Shown here: positions 17,458 to 28,022 of the stretch, piece by piece
Layout: the number at the start of each line of letters is the position of its first letter
How positions within the stretch are numbered: position 1 is the stretch's first letter
DNA from: Candidatus Bathyarchaeia archaeon
Lineage (GTDB): Archaea > Thermoproteota > Bathyarchaeia > Bathyarchaeales > Bathycorpusculaceae
Direction: 5' to 3'
Length of the DNA: 32,812 nucleotides
Assembly: GCA_049969855.1 (NCBI GenBank)
Contig: JBMFOB010000014.1
Location: 1 to 32,812, forward strand
The notes under the pieces: generated by a model
Told to the model about the DNA's origin: nothing
The model's input: the letters and a program-made list of their open reading frames with translations, nothing else
The model's database searches: none
Program-made: the position numbers and the translations under genes

Positions 17458-18447
17458 TTAGGCTTTCTGTCCCTTCATTTCATAAATCTTGTTTTTCAGA
17501 GACGGCACAATTTTGAACAAATCTTCAACAACACCGTAGTCTGCAAAGCTGAATATTGGAGCGTTGGGGTCCTTGTTTATGGCTATTACTAGGTCAGAGT
17601 TTTTCATTCCCAAGACATGTTGGAAGGCGCCACTTATTCCAACAGCAATGTAAAGTTTAGGTTTGACGGTTTTTCCTGAACTCCCAACTTGGCGGTCGCT
17701 GGGAAGCCAGCCCTTATCCACTATTGGGCGTGAACAGGCTAAAACTGCACCAATTGTTTTGGCAAAATCCTCTACGAGGGGTATGTTGCTTTGGTCTTTT
17801 ATTCCGCGTCCTATTCCAACAAGTTTTTCTGCTGCTGTTATGTCCACTCCGCCAGGAGGCGGCAAAATGTATTGGATGAAACGTTTGGTGGTTACCTCTT
17901 CTGCAAGAGGTGATGGTTTTTCTATTATTTCCCCATTTATTGGCGTTGCGGGTTTCTGTGCTGCAAAAGCTGCTTGCCGAACTGTTACCATGTAACTTTC
18001 TGCTTTGCGCATTGTCGCCTTAACGTTCACTTTCCCACCATACATTTGCCTAGTAACAGTTAATGTGTCACCTTCCCATGCGAGGTCTATACAATCAGTT
18101 GCAAGCGGCAAATTCAAGGCTGCGGCAAGTCTTGGAGCCAATTCTATGCCATAAGACGTGTGACCAATCAATGTTAAGGTTGGCTTGTATTCTTTTATGA
18201 GGCTTGTTAGCGCTTTTTGATAAGCGTCAGAATTGAAGTTTTCAAGTTTTGCATCTTCCACCACCAAAACTTTTCTGGCATACTCTGACAGCGCTTTTGC
18301 TTTTTCTTTAACTTCCTTGCCAAGGATTACAGCAGTCAATCCCATGTTTGCTTTTTCAGCGGTTTCTTTGGCTTTCGTCAACATCTCATAAGTTATATCG
18401 CGAATTTGTCCTTGCCTATGCTCTGCTAAAACAAAAATTTCCGTCAT
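17458..18447 (-). CDS. etfA: Electron transfer flavoprotein alpha subunit
   Basis: GIGRG, ACSRPIVD, QVGSSGKTVKPKLYIAVGISGAFQH and AINKDPNAPIF. Confidence 0.96.
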   Translation of the reverse strand: MTEIFVLAEHRQGQIRDITYEMLTKAKETAEKANMGLTAVILGKEVKEKAKALSEYARKVLVVEDAKLENFNSDAYQKALTSLIKEYKPTLTLIGHTSYGIELAPRLAAALNLPLATDCIDLAWEGDTLTVTRQMYGGKVNVKATMRKAESYMVTVRQAAFAAQKPATPINGEIIEKPSPLAEEVTTKRFIQYILPPPGGVDITAAEKLVGIGRGIKDQSNIPLVEDFAKTIGAVLACSRPIVDKGWLPSDRQVGSSGKTVKPKLYIAVGISGAFQHVLGMKNSDLVIAINKDPNAPIFSFADYGVVEDLFKIVPSLKNKIYEMKGQKA

Positions 18448-19236
18448 TTATATCAGCCCCCTTGCTTTTAGGATTTCAGCAATTTTTGCGGCAACCTCAT
18501 CTGGAGTTCCTTTGAGAAATTCTGCCTGTTTTTCGGCTGGCGGCACATAAAGCTTCTCTATTCTAAGCCAAGAACCAGCCTCGCCCACGTCTGTTTCAGA
18601 CAAGCCAGTGTCCGTTAACGTCATCACTTTTATTTCTTTTTGCATAGCCTTTCGAATGCCCATTATTGAAACATAGCGTGGCTCGTTAATGCCCGTTTGA
18701 ACCGAAATCAGCGCTGGCAACTTTATTTCAAGCTGCTCCTCTAATCCGCCTTCCAATTCACGGTTAACTTTTGCTGCTCCAGTTTCCAACTCGATTTTTT
18801 TAGCCATCGTTGTGTGGGGAATTCCAAGCATCTCAGCCAGTATTGGACCTACCATGGCATAGCCGTCGTCGCCAGCCTGCATTCCCGTCAAAATCAAGTC
18901 ATAATGAAGGTTCTTGATGACGCTGTGTAAAATTTTTGCCGTGGCATAAGCGTCTGAACCAGCAAATTTTGGGTCTGTTAAGCGTATGGCTTTGTCTGCT
19001 CCGCGGGCTAAACACTTTCGCAGTGTGCTGTCTGAATCTTCAGCGCCTATGGTTATGGCTGTAACTGTTCCGCCAAACTTCTCTTTAATGCGCACAGCCT
19101 CTTCCAAAGCGTAATCGTCCCACTCGTTAATGTCAAAGACCAAACCAGCCTTTTCTATGCCTTTGCCGCTGGCATCAATTTTTAGTTCCGCCTCTGCCGT
19201 TTCCGGAACATGTTTAACACAAACAACAATATCCAA
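18448..19236 (-). CDS. etfB: Electron transfer flavoprotein beta subunit
   Basis: VCVKHVPE, INEWDDYALEEA, RELEGG and INEPRY. Confidence 0.96.
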   Translation of the reverse strand: MDIVVCVKHVPETAEAELKIDASGKGIEKAGLVFDINEWDDYALEEAVRIKEKFGGTVTAITIGAEDSDSTLRKCLARGADKAIRLTDPKFAGSDAYATAKILHSVIKNLHYDLILTGMQAGDDGYAMVGPILAEMLGIPHTTMAKKIELETGAAKVNRELEGGLEEQLEIKLPALISVQTGINEPRYVSIMGIRKAMQKEIKVMTLTDTGLSETDVGEAGSWLRIEKLYVPPAEKQAEFLKGTPDEVAAKIAEILKARGLI

Positions 19237-19283
19237 TTCGCTTTACTCTCCATTAGACTTGAGTTTTGATTACACTCGCATTT

Positions 19284-19305
19284 CATATAATTTTTGCTTG
19301 CAAAA
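19284..19305 (-). promoter_or_regulatory. Putative TATA/BRE of the etfB-etfA-acyl-CoA dehydrogenase operon, with an overlapping palindrome
   Basis: Minus-strand AAAAATTATATG about 50 nt upstream of the TTG; palindrome TTTTGC-TT-GCAAAA at 19292-19305. Confidence 0.45.
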
Positions 19306-19348
19306 CACCTTTCCTGATCATTCAAATAGCCATAAAAACCTTGATAGC

Positions 19349-19372
19349 AAAAAACTAGAGGGGGGAGGGTGC
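19349..19372 (-). terminator. Putative pyrimidine-rich/oligo-T terminator after nfnB/sudA
   Basis: Minus strand has a C-rich tract followed by TTTTTT immediately after the stop codon. Confidence 0.35.
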
Positions 19373-19379
19373 TATTGGT

Positions 19380-21610
<2,231 letters not shown>

Positions 21611-21618
<8 letters not shown>

Positions 21619-22840
21619 TTTCTTTTGCCTCCGCAGTTTCAATTTTTAACGGTGGCATAGCGGCTATCTTTTTGAAAAATTCTTCAAATTTCTGGTTAAA
21701 TTCTCCAACGCATCTGGGTGAAACCGTGAAAAGTTCAAATCGCTCAAGCAATCCACTCTTTTTTAGGAAGTTTTTAAGCACATCCATATTTCTTTCGGCG
21801 GTTTCCCTTCCCTCTTGAAGCTTACAGTCTTCCGCAGAACAAACAACAGCCATAACCCCATCAAAGCCGCTGTGTAGGGCTTCAACGACGTGAACTGGGT
21901 CAAGAGCCTTAAAGCATGGAATTTCCATGACTACAGCCTTCTTCTTAAAAAGTAGGCATTCTGGGTCGTCTAAACAGGAAAATTCTGACCATTGACAGCA
22001 GAAGACAAGTATTGATGAAAAGCTGGCTTCGGTTTTCATTTTTCTTGCAGCTTCTCCATAAAGCCTTACTAATTTGCTAATGTTTTCAAATTCGAAACCT
22101 TTAACTTGAATTGCCAAATGCGGACAAACAAGTGCACATGCTCCACAACCCATGCACGCTTCCTGAACTATTCGCGGAGTCGCAAATTCTTCGGCTTCTA
22201 TTGCGCCGTAGGGGCAGATGAAAACGCATTTGTCGCAGCCAACACATTTTTCCGTGTCATAAACAGCCTTATGCGAATACTTAATAACTTTCAAAGCTTC
22301 TTTGCTGAAGCCTAACTGCTCCAGAACAGCCTTTCCAAGCATAAGCCTTCGCGTGTTAATTTTTGTTCCCCTTTTGAAGCGGCAAAACTCGTCTTCACAT
22401 TGGATGGAAACAATGTTTTTTATGCCAGAATTTAACGCCTTAAAAATGAATTCCGTTGGCACTCTTCCAGAACAAGGTATGCGCAATGGAATGTAATTTT
22501 TCATGTTTAAACCTTGACTTTCCAGAATATCTTCAATCTCACATGTGGCTGGAGAGTTTCCTCTGCACATGAGAACAAGTGTATCGCTTTTTTCTTTTTC
22601 TCGCATACAATTAACATAGTTTAGCAAGCTTTCATAATCGTAATAGACTATTTCTATTGCCAACGACGGACATGCGCTGTAACATATTCCGCAAACTTGG
22701 CATTTTTGAAGGTCTATTTCCACTTTTCCAGTTTCAGAGTCCCGTTTTATAGCTTCATAAGGGCATAGGGAATGGCATATTGAACATCTGCTACAATAAT
22801 CTTGGTTAATAGTTATTGCAGCGGCGCATGGTTCACTCAT
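21611..22840 (-). CDS. Tandem (2x[4Fe-4S] ferredoxin + MvhD-like [2Fe-2S]) x2 protein
   Basis: Four CxxCxxCxxxCP motifs in two pairs. Each pair is followed by an MvhD-like domain (LMC..IPCSGRV..QCEDEFC; FCCQW..IPC..GFDGV..CSAEDC). Confidence 0.85.
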
Positions 22841-22948
22841 CTGAATCTCTCCAAAGCTCTTTTCAGTTAACGGTTTTGCTTCAAATTTGCGTTAAGCTAG
22901 AATTCATGAAAGGGGTGTTCCAGAAATATAATGATTTTGGAATAATGC

Positions 22949-23884
22949 TTACGGTTTATAATAGTAAGGTCTTCGAATGTAGCCATAAGCCTCTAAAGAA
23001 GCGGTTATGCCTTGTCCCACAGCAGTTCCAACCTGCTTAACGGGATGGTTTGTGACATCGCCAGCAGCGTAAACCCCAGGAATGTTTGTTCTTTGGCGAA
23101 TGTCAACCAAAATGTAACCTTCATTGTCAACGGCAACGCCAGCCTCTTTTGCTAGTTGACTGTTTGGGTCTTCTCCAACCTGAACAAAAACGCCGTCAAC
23201 CGGCAACTCCTTAGTTTCCTTGGTCTTATTATTAAAAAGTATAACCTTGTTAACCAGCCTTTCGCCTTTAATCTCGTTGATTTCAGTGTTCCACAAAATT
23301 TCAATGTTATCCTTAGCTTTCAGTGCCTTTACAAGCGTCTCCTCTGCCCTAAATTCTTCTCTGCGATGGGCAATTTTAACTTGGGAGGCTATGTCTGCCA
23401 AGTATAAAGCTGTTATGACAGCCGAGTTTCCGCCACCGAGAACAAGCACATTTTTCCCCTTAAACAATGGTCCGTCACAAATGCCGCAGTAACTAACGCC
23501 TCTACCGCGAAATTCCTTTTCTCCTGGAACGCCGATTTCACGGTAATGCGAACCAGGAGCGATTATAACAGTTTTTGTTTCATATGTGGTTTTGTTTGTT
23601 TTTATGATTTTTTTGTCACCCTTAAGGTTCATTTCGAGAACTTTTTCGAATTCATGGATTGTGGCGCCGGCTTTTCTGCAGTGAGCAACCATTTTTTGGG
23701 CTAGTTCCATTCCGTTTGTGCTTTGAAAACCTGGGTAGTTCTCGATTAAGGGAGCATCGGCCATTGTTCCTCCAGCCAATTTCTCATCCAAAACAAGTGT
23801 TTTCAGTCCACTTCTTGCGCCATAAATTCCAGCGGCTAAGCCTGCAGCGCCTCCGCCGATGATTACGAGGTCCCAACTTTCCAT
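22949..23884 (-). CDS. trxB: NADPH-dependent thioredoxin-disulfide reductase
   Basis: GGGAAG, ENYPG, GVSYCGICDG, GGGNSA, HRR and GVYAAGDV; likely start ATG 23884. Confidence 0.94.
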   Translation of the reverse strand: MESWDLVIIGGGAAGLAAGIYGARSGLKTLVLDEKLAGGTMADAPLIENYPGFQSTNGMELAQKMVAHCRKAGATIHEFEKVLEMNLKGDKKIIKTNKTTYETKTVIIAPGSHYREIGVPGEKEFRGRGVSYCGICDGPLFKGKNVLVLGGGNSAVITALYLADIASQVKIAHRREEFRAEETLVKALKAKDNIEILWNTEINEIKGERLVNKVILFNNKTKETKELPVDGVFVQVGEDPNSQLAKEAGVAVDNEGYILVDIRQRTNIPGVYAAGDVTNHPVKQVGTAVGQGITASLEAYGYIRRPYYYKP

Positions 23885-23935
23885 GTCAAGCAACCTTTAA
23901 ACAAATAGTTTGAAATGTGTTTAAATGGATTATGC

Positions 23936-24079
23936 CTAATAATCCTCGTCTTCGTAATCCAAGTCTGCGATTTCTATTTCATAACATTCTTGGCATAGTC
24001 CATCAAAGGTTTCATATTCTTCTTTTGTGATTTTTCTGCCGCACCTTATGCACTCGTAAACTTCCTTTTTCTCATTCAT
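23936..24079 (-). CDS. 47-aa acidic Cys4 metal-binding microprotein, paralog B (not in ORF track)
   Basis: MNEKKEVYECIRCGRKITKEEYETFDGLCQECYEIEIADLDYEDEDY*; the ATG lies 1 nt after the stop of paralog A. Confidence 0.85.
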   Translation of the reverse strand: MNEKKEVYECIRCGRKITKEEYETFDGLCQECYEIEIADLDYEDEDY

Positions 24080-24080
24080 G

Positions 24081-24245
24081 TTACATGAAGTCTCCGAACA
24101 TCATTAGCGATTCTTCAGTCATCTGGTCATCCCAGCATTCCCAGCACATTCCATCATAGGCTTCATATTCTTCTCGGCTAATCTCTCGACCGCAAACTGA
24201 GCAGTAATATTTTTCTTCAGTTTCCTCTTTTTTCTGTTTTTTCAA
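24081..24245 (-). CDS. 54-aa acidic Cys4 metal-binding microprotein, paralog A (TTG start; not in ORF track)
   Basis: MKKQKKEETEEKYYCSVCGREISREEYEAYDGMCWECWDDQMTEESLMMFGDFM*; GGCGGT RBS-like motif upstream. Confidence 0.82.
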   Translation of the reverse strand: MKKQKKEETEEKYYCSVCGREISREEYEAYDGMCWECWDDQMTEESLMMFGDFM

Positions 24246-24299
24246 GTAAAACCGCCACTATTATTTACATGAGCGATGATAGCCTAAAAACGTTGTGAA

Positions 24300-25421
24300 T
24301 TAGAGAGCAAGAGCTAATAACTCTGCTATGTCCATCACTTGGATTTTTCCTTCATTTCCAGTAGTTTTCACAGCGTCCTCAAGTGTTAAGAGACAGAAGG
24401 GGCAAGCTACAGCCAATATTTCGGCGCCAGCAGCAACAGCATCTTTAACGCGGGTTTCTGCTAAGCGTGGTCCTGGAATGTCAACCCACATTCTTCCGCC
24501 GCCGCCTTCGCAGCATAGGCTTCTTGCTCTTGAGCGGTCGAATTCCAGCAGTGTTACGCCTGGTATGCTTTCAATGACTTTTCTGGGTTCTTCGTAGATG
24601 TTGTTTTGTTTTCCAAGGAAGCATGGGTCGTGATAGATAACTTTCTTTTTCAATTCTTTTGAGAAGGTTAATTTTTTGTCGTCAATTAGTTTTGCAAGCA
24701 GTTGCGAGTGATGTTGAACTTCGAAACTGTTTTGGTTGTATCGGTTTTTGAAGGCGTGAAAACCATGCGGACAATTTGTCACTGTCTGTTTTATGTTGTA
24801 TTTGTTGAAGATTTTCATGTTCTCCTCAACCAGAAATTCGAATAAACCCTTTTCGCCCATGCCATAAACTTCGCTTCCACAGCAGTTTTCCTCATCGCCT
24901 AAAATGCCAAAATTTAAACCCGCCTTCTGGAAACACATGACAATGCTTTTGGCTACATTTTGAACCCTTGGGTCGTAGGCTGAAGTGCAACCCACATAGT
25001 ACAAGATTTCTGCGCCTTGAGAAACATGCTTGACGTTTAAGCCTTGAGCCCATTCAGAACGTTTGCTGCGGATTCTAGCCCATGGATTTCCATTTTTGAA
25101 TATGCTTTCAAGAGCGTCACGAATTGTTGGTGCAATTTGCCCTTCTTCAACCGCCATGCTTCGAATATCAATTAAAAATTCGTAGGGGTTAAGGTCTTTT
25201 GGGCATCTGACACCGCAGGTGGAGCATGTTGTGCAACTCCACAACTCATTCTGCGGATGTATCGTCAACTTGCCCAAGGCGGAGACTTCTCGCATGTATC
25301 TCCTAATGTTCAGGTTAGCCTTTCTTGAAACTGGGCAAGAGCCAGTGCACATTCCACATTGAATACATTCGAGAAGCTTATGTTTTTGGATGAGTTCTTG
25401 AACGTTCATTTTATACATCAC
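24300..25421 (-). CDS. Soluble HdrD/FadF-like Fe-S oxidoreductase (2x[4Fe-4S] plus two CCG domains)
   Basis: CIQCGMCTGSCP, CTTCSTCGVRCP, GNPW, YVGC, NCCGS, HDPCFLG, CCEGGGGRMW and ACPFC; no transmembrane segment. Confidence 0.88.
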   Translation of the reverse strand: MMYKMNVQELIQKHKLLECIQCGMCTGSCPVSRKANLNIRRYMREVSALGKLTIHPQNELWSCTTCSTCGVRCPKDLNPYEFLIDIRSMAVEEGQIAPTIRDALESIFKNGNPWARIRSKRSEWAQGLNVKHVSQGAEILYYVGCTSAYDPRVQNVAKSIVMCFQKAGLNFGILGDEENCCGSEVYGMGEKGLFEFLVEENMKIFNKYNIKQTVTNCPHGFHAFKNRYNQNSFEVQHHSQLLAKLIDDKKLTFSKELKKKVIYHDPCFLGKQNNIYEEPRKVIESIPGVTLLEFDRSRARSLCCEGGGGRMWVDIPGPRLAETRVKDAVAAGAEILAVACPFCLLTLEDAVKTTGNEGKIQVMDIAELLALAL

Positions 25422-25509
25422 TTTTTGTTGCCTTTAAGGGTAAGATTTTTAATAAGTGTTTTCCCTTCTATGAAACCAAACGCATAATGAAAACTGGAGA
25501 TTAACGCCA

Positions 25510-27879
25510 ATGGAGAAGAAAATGCCGAAAATTGGAATCTTTGTTTGTGAATGCGGCGGAAACATAGGCGATGTGGTAGACGTTAAAGCCGTTGTTGAGG
25601 CAGTTAAAAACTGGGAAGGCGTAGTCACAGCAAAATACCACAGATATTTATGCAGCAAACCAGCCCAAGAAATGATACTTGAAGCCATAAAAAAAGAAAA
25701 ACTTGACAGAGTAGTTGTTGCAAGCTGCACCCCAAGAATGCACCTGACAACTTTTCAGAACGTTCTCGAAAGGGCTGGCTTAAACCCATACATGCTGGAG
25801 TTTGTAAACATAAGAGAGCAAGATTCTTGGGTTCATGGAACCCATGGATTATCCCCAGAAGCCACAAAGAAGGCTATAAGCCTAATAAGAGGCGGATACG
25901 AGCGAAGTTTAGAGCTTGAACCCCTACAGCCTATAAGCGAAAAAGGTTCAAGAGAAATTCTCATAATAGGCGGAGGAATAGCAGGTATAACTGCAGCTCT
26001 TGAGCTTGGCTATTTAGGCTTTAAGGTTCACTTAGTGGAGAGAAAACCAAGCATAGGCGGCAACATGGCAAAGTTAACAAAAGTTTTCCCAACATTGGAC
26101 TGCGCCCAATGCATACTCACACCAAGAATGGCTGAGGTTGGAAGAAACCCAAACGTGAACTTGCTGACCTATGCGGAAGTGCAAGAGGTTAGCGGAAGAC
26201 CTGGCAATTATGCAGTTAAGGTTTTCATGAAGCCCCGCGGCGTGGATGTCGAAAAGTGCAGAAGTTGTGGTGTATGCGCAAAAGTTTGTCCTGTATCAGT
26301 TCCAGACGAATTTAATGAGGGTTTATCACAACGGAAAGCGGCTTACATAGAGTTTCCGCAAGCTGTCCCATCCGCTTACGCCATAGACTTTAAAGCATGC
26401 ACCAAATGCCGAAAATGCGAGCAACTTTGCCCAGCTAAAGCCATAAACATAGACGACCCAGGAAAAACTGTTGAGTTAAATGTTGGAGCAATAATTTTGG
26501 CTACAGGCTACGAACTTTATGATGCACATAAATTGGAAATTTATGGTTATGGCAACTATAAAGATGTTATAACAATGATGGATTTGGAAAGGCTCACTTC
26601 TGCCACTGGACCAACCGGCGGCTTCGTTAAGCGTGCCGACGGAAGTGATGTGCGTAAAATGGCGATTGTTCTATGTGCCGGTTCGAGGGATAAAAATTAC
26701 GTTCCCTATTGCAGTCGCATATGCTGCATGTACTCGCTGAAGCAAGCCTTTGTGCTTAAAAAAATGTTAGGCATAGACGTCACAATCTATTACATTGACA
26801 TAAGGGCTACGGGAAAGGGCTACGAAGACTTGTATTGGCGTGATCAGGAGGCAGGCGTCGTTTTTGTAAAGGGGAAAGTTGCTGAAATTTACAAGAACAA
26901 CGATAATGGCAAGCTTGTTGTTTTGGCTGAAGACACACTGACTGGTGAGATGCGTGAAGACGAATATGACATGGTCGCCTTAGCCACGCCCATGGTTTCA
27001 CCAGAAGGGTTAAAAGGGTTGGCTGATAAGCTGAAGGTTCCATTAGGCGAAGATGGCTTTGTCACAGAGAAGCATCCGAAACTTGACCCAGTGGATACGC
27101 TTGTTACTGGGATTTTTGCTGGAGGCTGCGCTCTAAGCCCCAAAGACGTGCGAGACACGGTTTCTGACAGTTTAGGAGCAGCTGCTAAAGCATCATTATT
27201 CCTTAAAAGCGATTACATCACCACAAGTCCAGAGAAAGCCTTTGTGATTGCTGATTTATGCAATGGCTGCAACGCGTGTGTGCCTATTTGTCCAGTGAAC
27301 GCCATAAGCATGCAAGAAAATAAAGCCAAAATCGACCCATTTCAATGCATTGGTTGCGGCGCGTGCATTCCAGTTTGTCCGCAGGAAGCTATTGATTTTA
27401 AGAATTCAACGAATAGGCAGATTATTGCTGAATTGCGGGGTGTTTTGGCTGATAAAGCGGCTGACGAAGTTAGGGTTGTAGCCTTTGTTGATAAAAATGT
27501 GGGTTATACTGGCATGGACTTTCTAGGGCTTGATCGTGCAGTTTATCCGGAAAACGTTAGAATTGTGGCTGTTCCTTCAACCGCCATTTTGGGCTTGAGG
27601 CATCTGCTAACCGCTTTTGCCTTTGGCGCCGACGGAGTTCTAGTAATTGAAGGAAGCGAAGAAATCGATGAAAAATTCACAAAGAAAAGAATAATTGACA
27701 TGACAAGAGAATTAGCCAAATACGGCGTTGAAAACATGCGAGTACGTTACAGTTACGTGCCCTTACCAGTTTACAAGAAAGCCGCTGAACTCTTCAACAT
27801 GTTCACGGACAGAATCAAAAAGTTTGGTCCTTTAGCAGAAGAAAAACGCAAAGCGATAAAACAGCAATTGAAAATATGA
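25510..27879 (+). CDS. hdrA: Heterodisulfide reductase subunit A (HdrA) fused to a degenerate MvhD-like domain
   Basis: CECGGNI, SCTPR, GGGIAG, KVFPTLDCAQCI, inserted ferredoxin, CAGSRD..YCSRICCMYSLK, C-terminal ferredoxin, then YPENVRIV..GADGV..FGPL. Confidence 0.93.
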   Translation: MEKKMPKIGIFVCECGGNIGDVVDVKAVVEAVKNWEGVVTAKYHRYLCSKPAQEMILEAIKKEKLDRVVVASCTPRMHLTTFQNVLERAGLNPYMLEFVNIREQDSWVHGTHGLSPEATKKAISLIRGGYERSLELEPLQPISEKGSREILIIGGGIAGITAALELGYLGFKVHLVERKPSIGGNMAKLTKVFPTLDCAQCILTPRMAEVGRNPNVNLLTYAEVQEVSGRPGNYAVKVFMKPRGVDVEKCRSCGVCAKVCPVSVPDEFNEGLSQRKAAYIEFPQAVPSAYAIDFKACTKCRKCEQLCPAKAINIDDPGKTVELNVGAIILATGYELYDAHKLEIYGYGNYKDVITMMDLERLTSATGPTGGFVKRADGSDVRKMAIVLCAGSRDKNYVPYCSRICCMYSLKQAFVLKKMLGIDVTIYYIDIRATGKGYEDLYWRDQEAGVVFVKGKVAEIYKNNDNGKLVVLAEDTLTGEMREDEYDMVALATPMVSPEGLKGLADKLKVPLGEDGFVTEKHPKLDPVDTLVTGIFAGGCALSPKDVRDTVSDSLGAAAKASLFLKSDYITTSPEKAFVIADLCNGCNACVPICPVNAISMQENKAKIDPFQCIGCGACIPVCPQEAIDFKNSTNRQIIAELRGVLADKAADEVRVVAFVDKNVGYTGMDFLGLDRAVYPENVRIVAVPSTAILGLRHLLTAFAFGADGVLVIEGSEEIDEKFTKKRIIDMTRELAKYGVENMRVRYSYVPLPVYKKAAELFNMFTDRIKKFGPLAEEKRKAIKQQLKI

Positions 27880-28022
27880 AGTTTCCCGCAAGGCGGATGA
27901 TTCTTAATGGCTCAGGAATACGAGAAGTGCAAATTTGGAAAATGGGCATGTTAAAATTGTAGTTTCAAGTCGCAAAGTTTAATTTTCGTATCTAAAGCAA
28001 TACTCACAAGAGGGCTATCATA

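Noticed and set aside
25436-25467. AAGGG...CCCTT inverted repeat in the divergent promoter of the CCG protein and hdrA, as the same motif as 16203-16236
   Set aside because: Arms are only 5 bp and the spacing differs (22 versus 16 nt between AGGG and CCCT).
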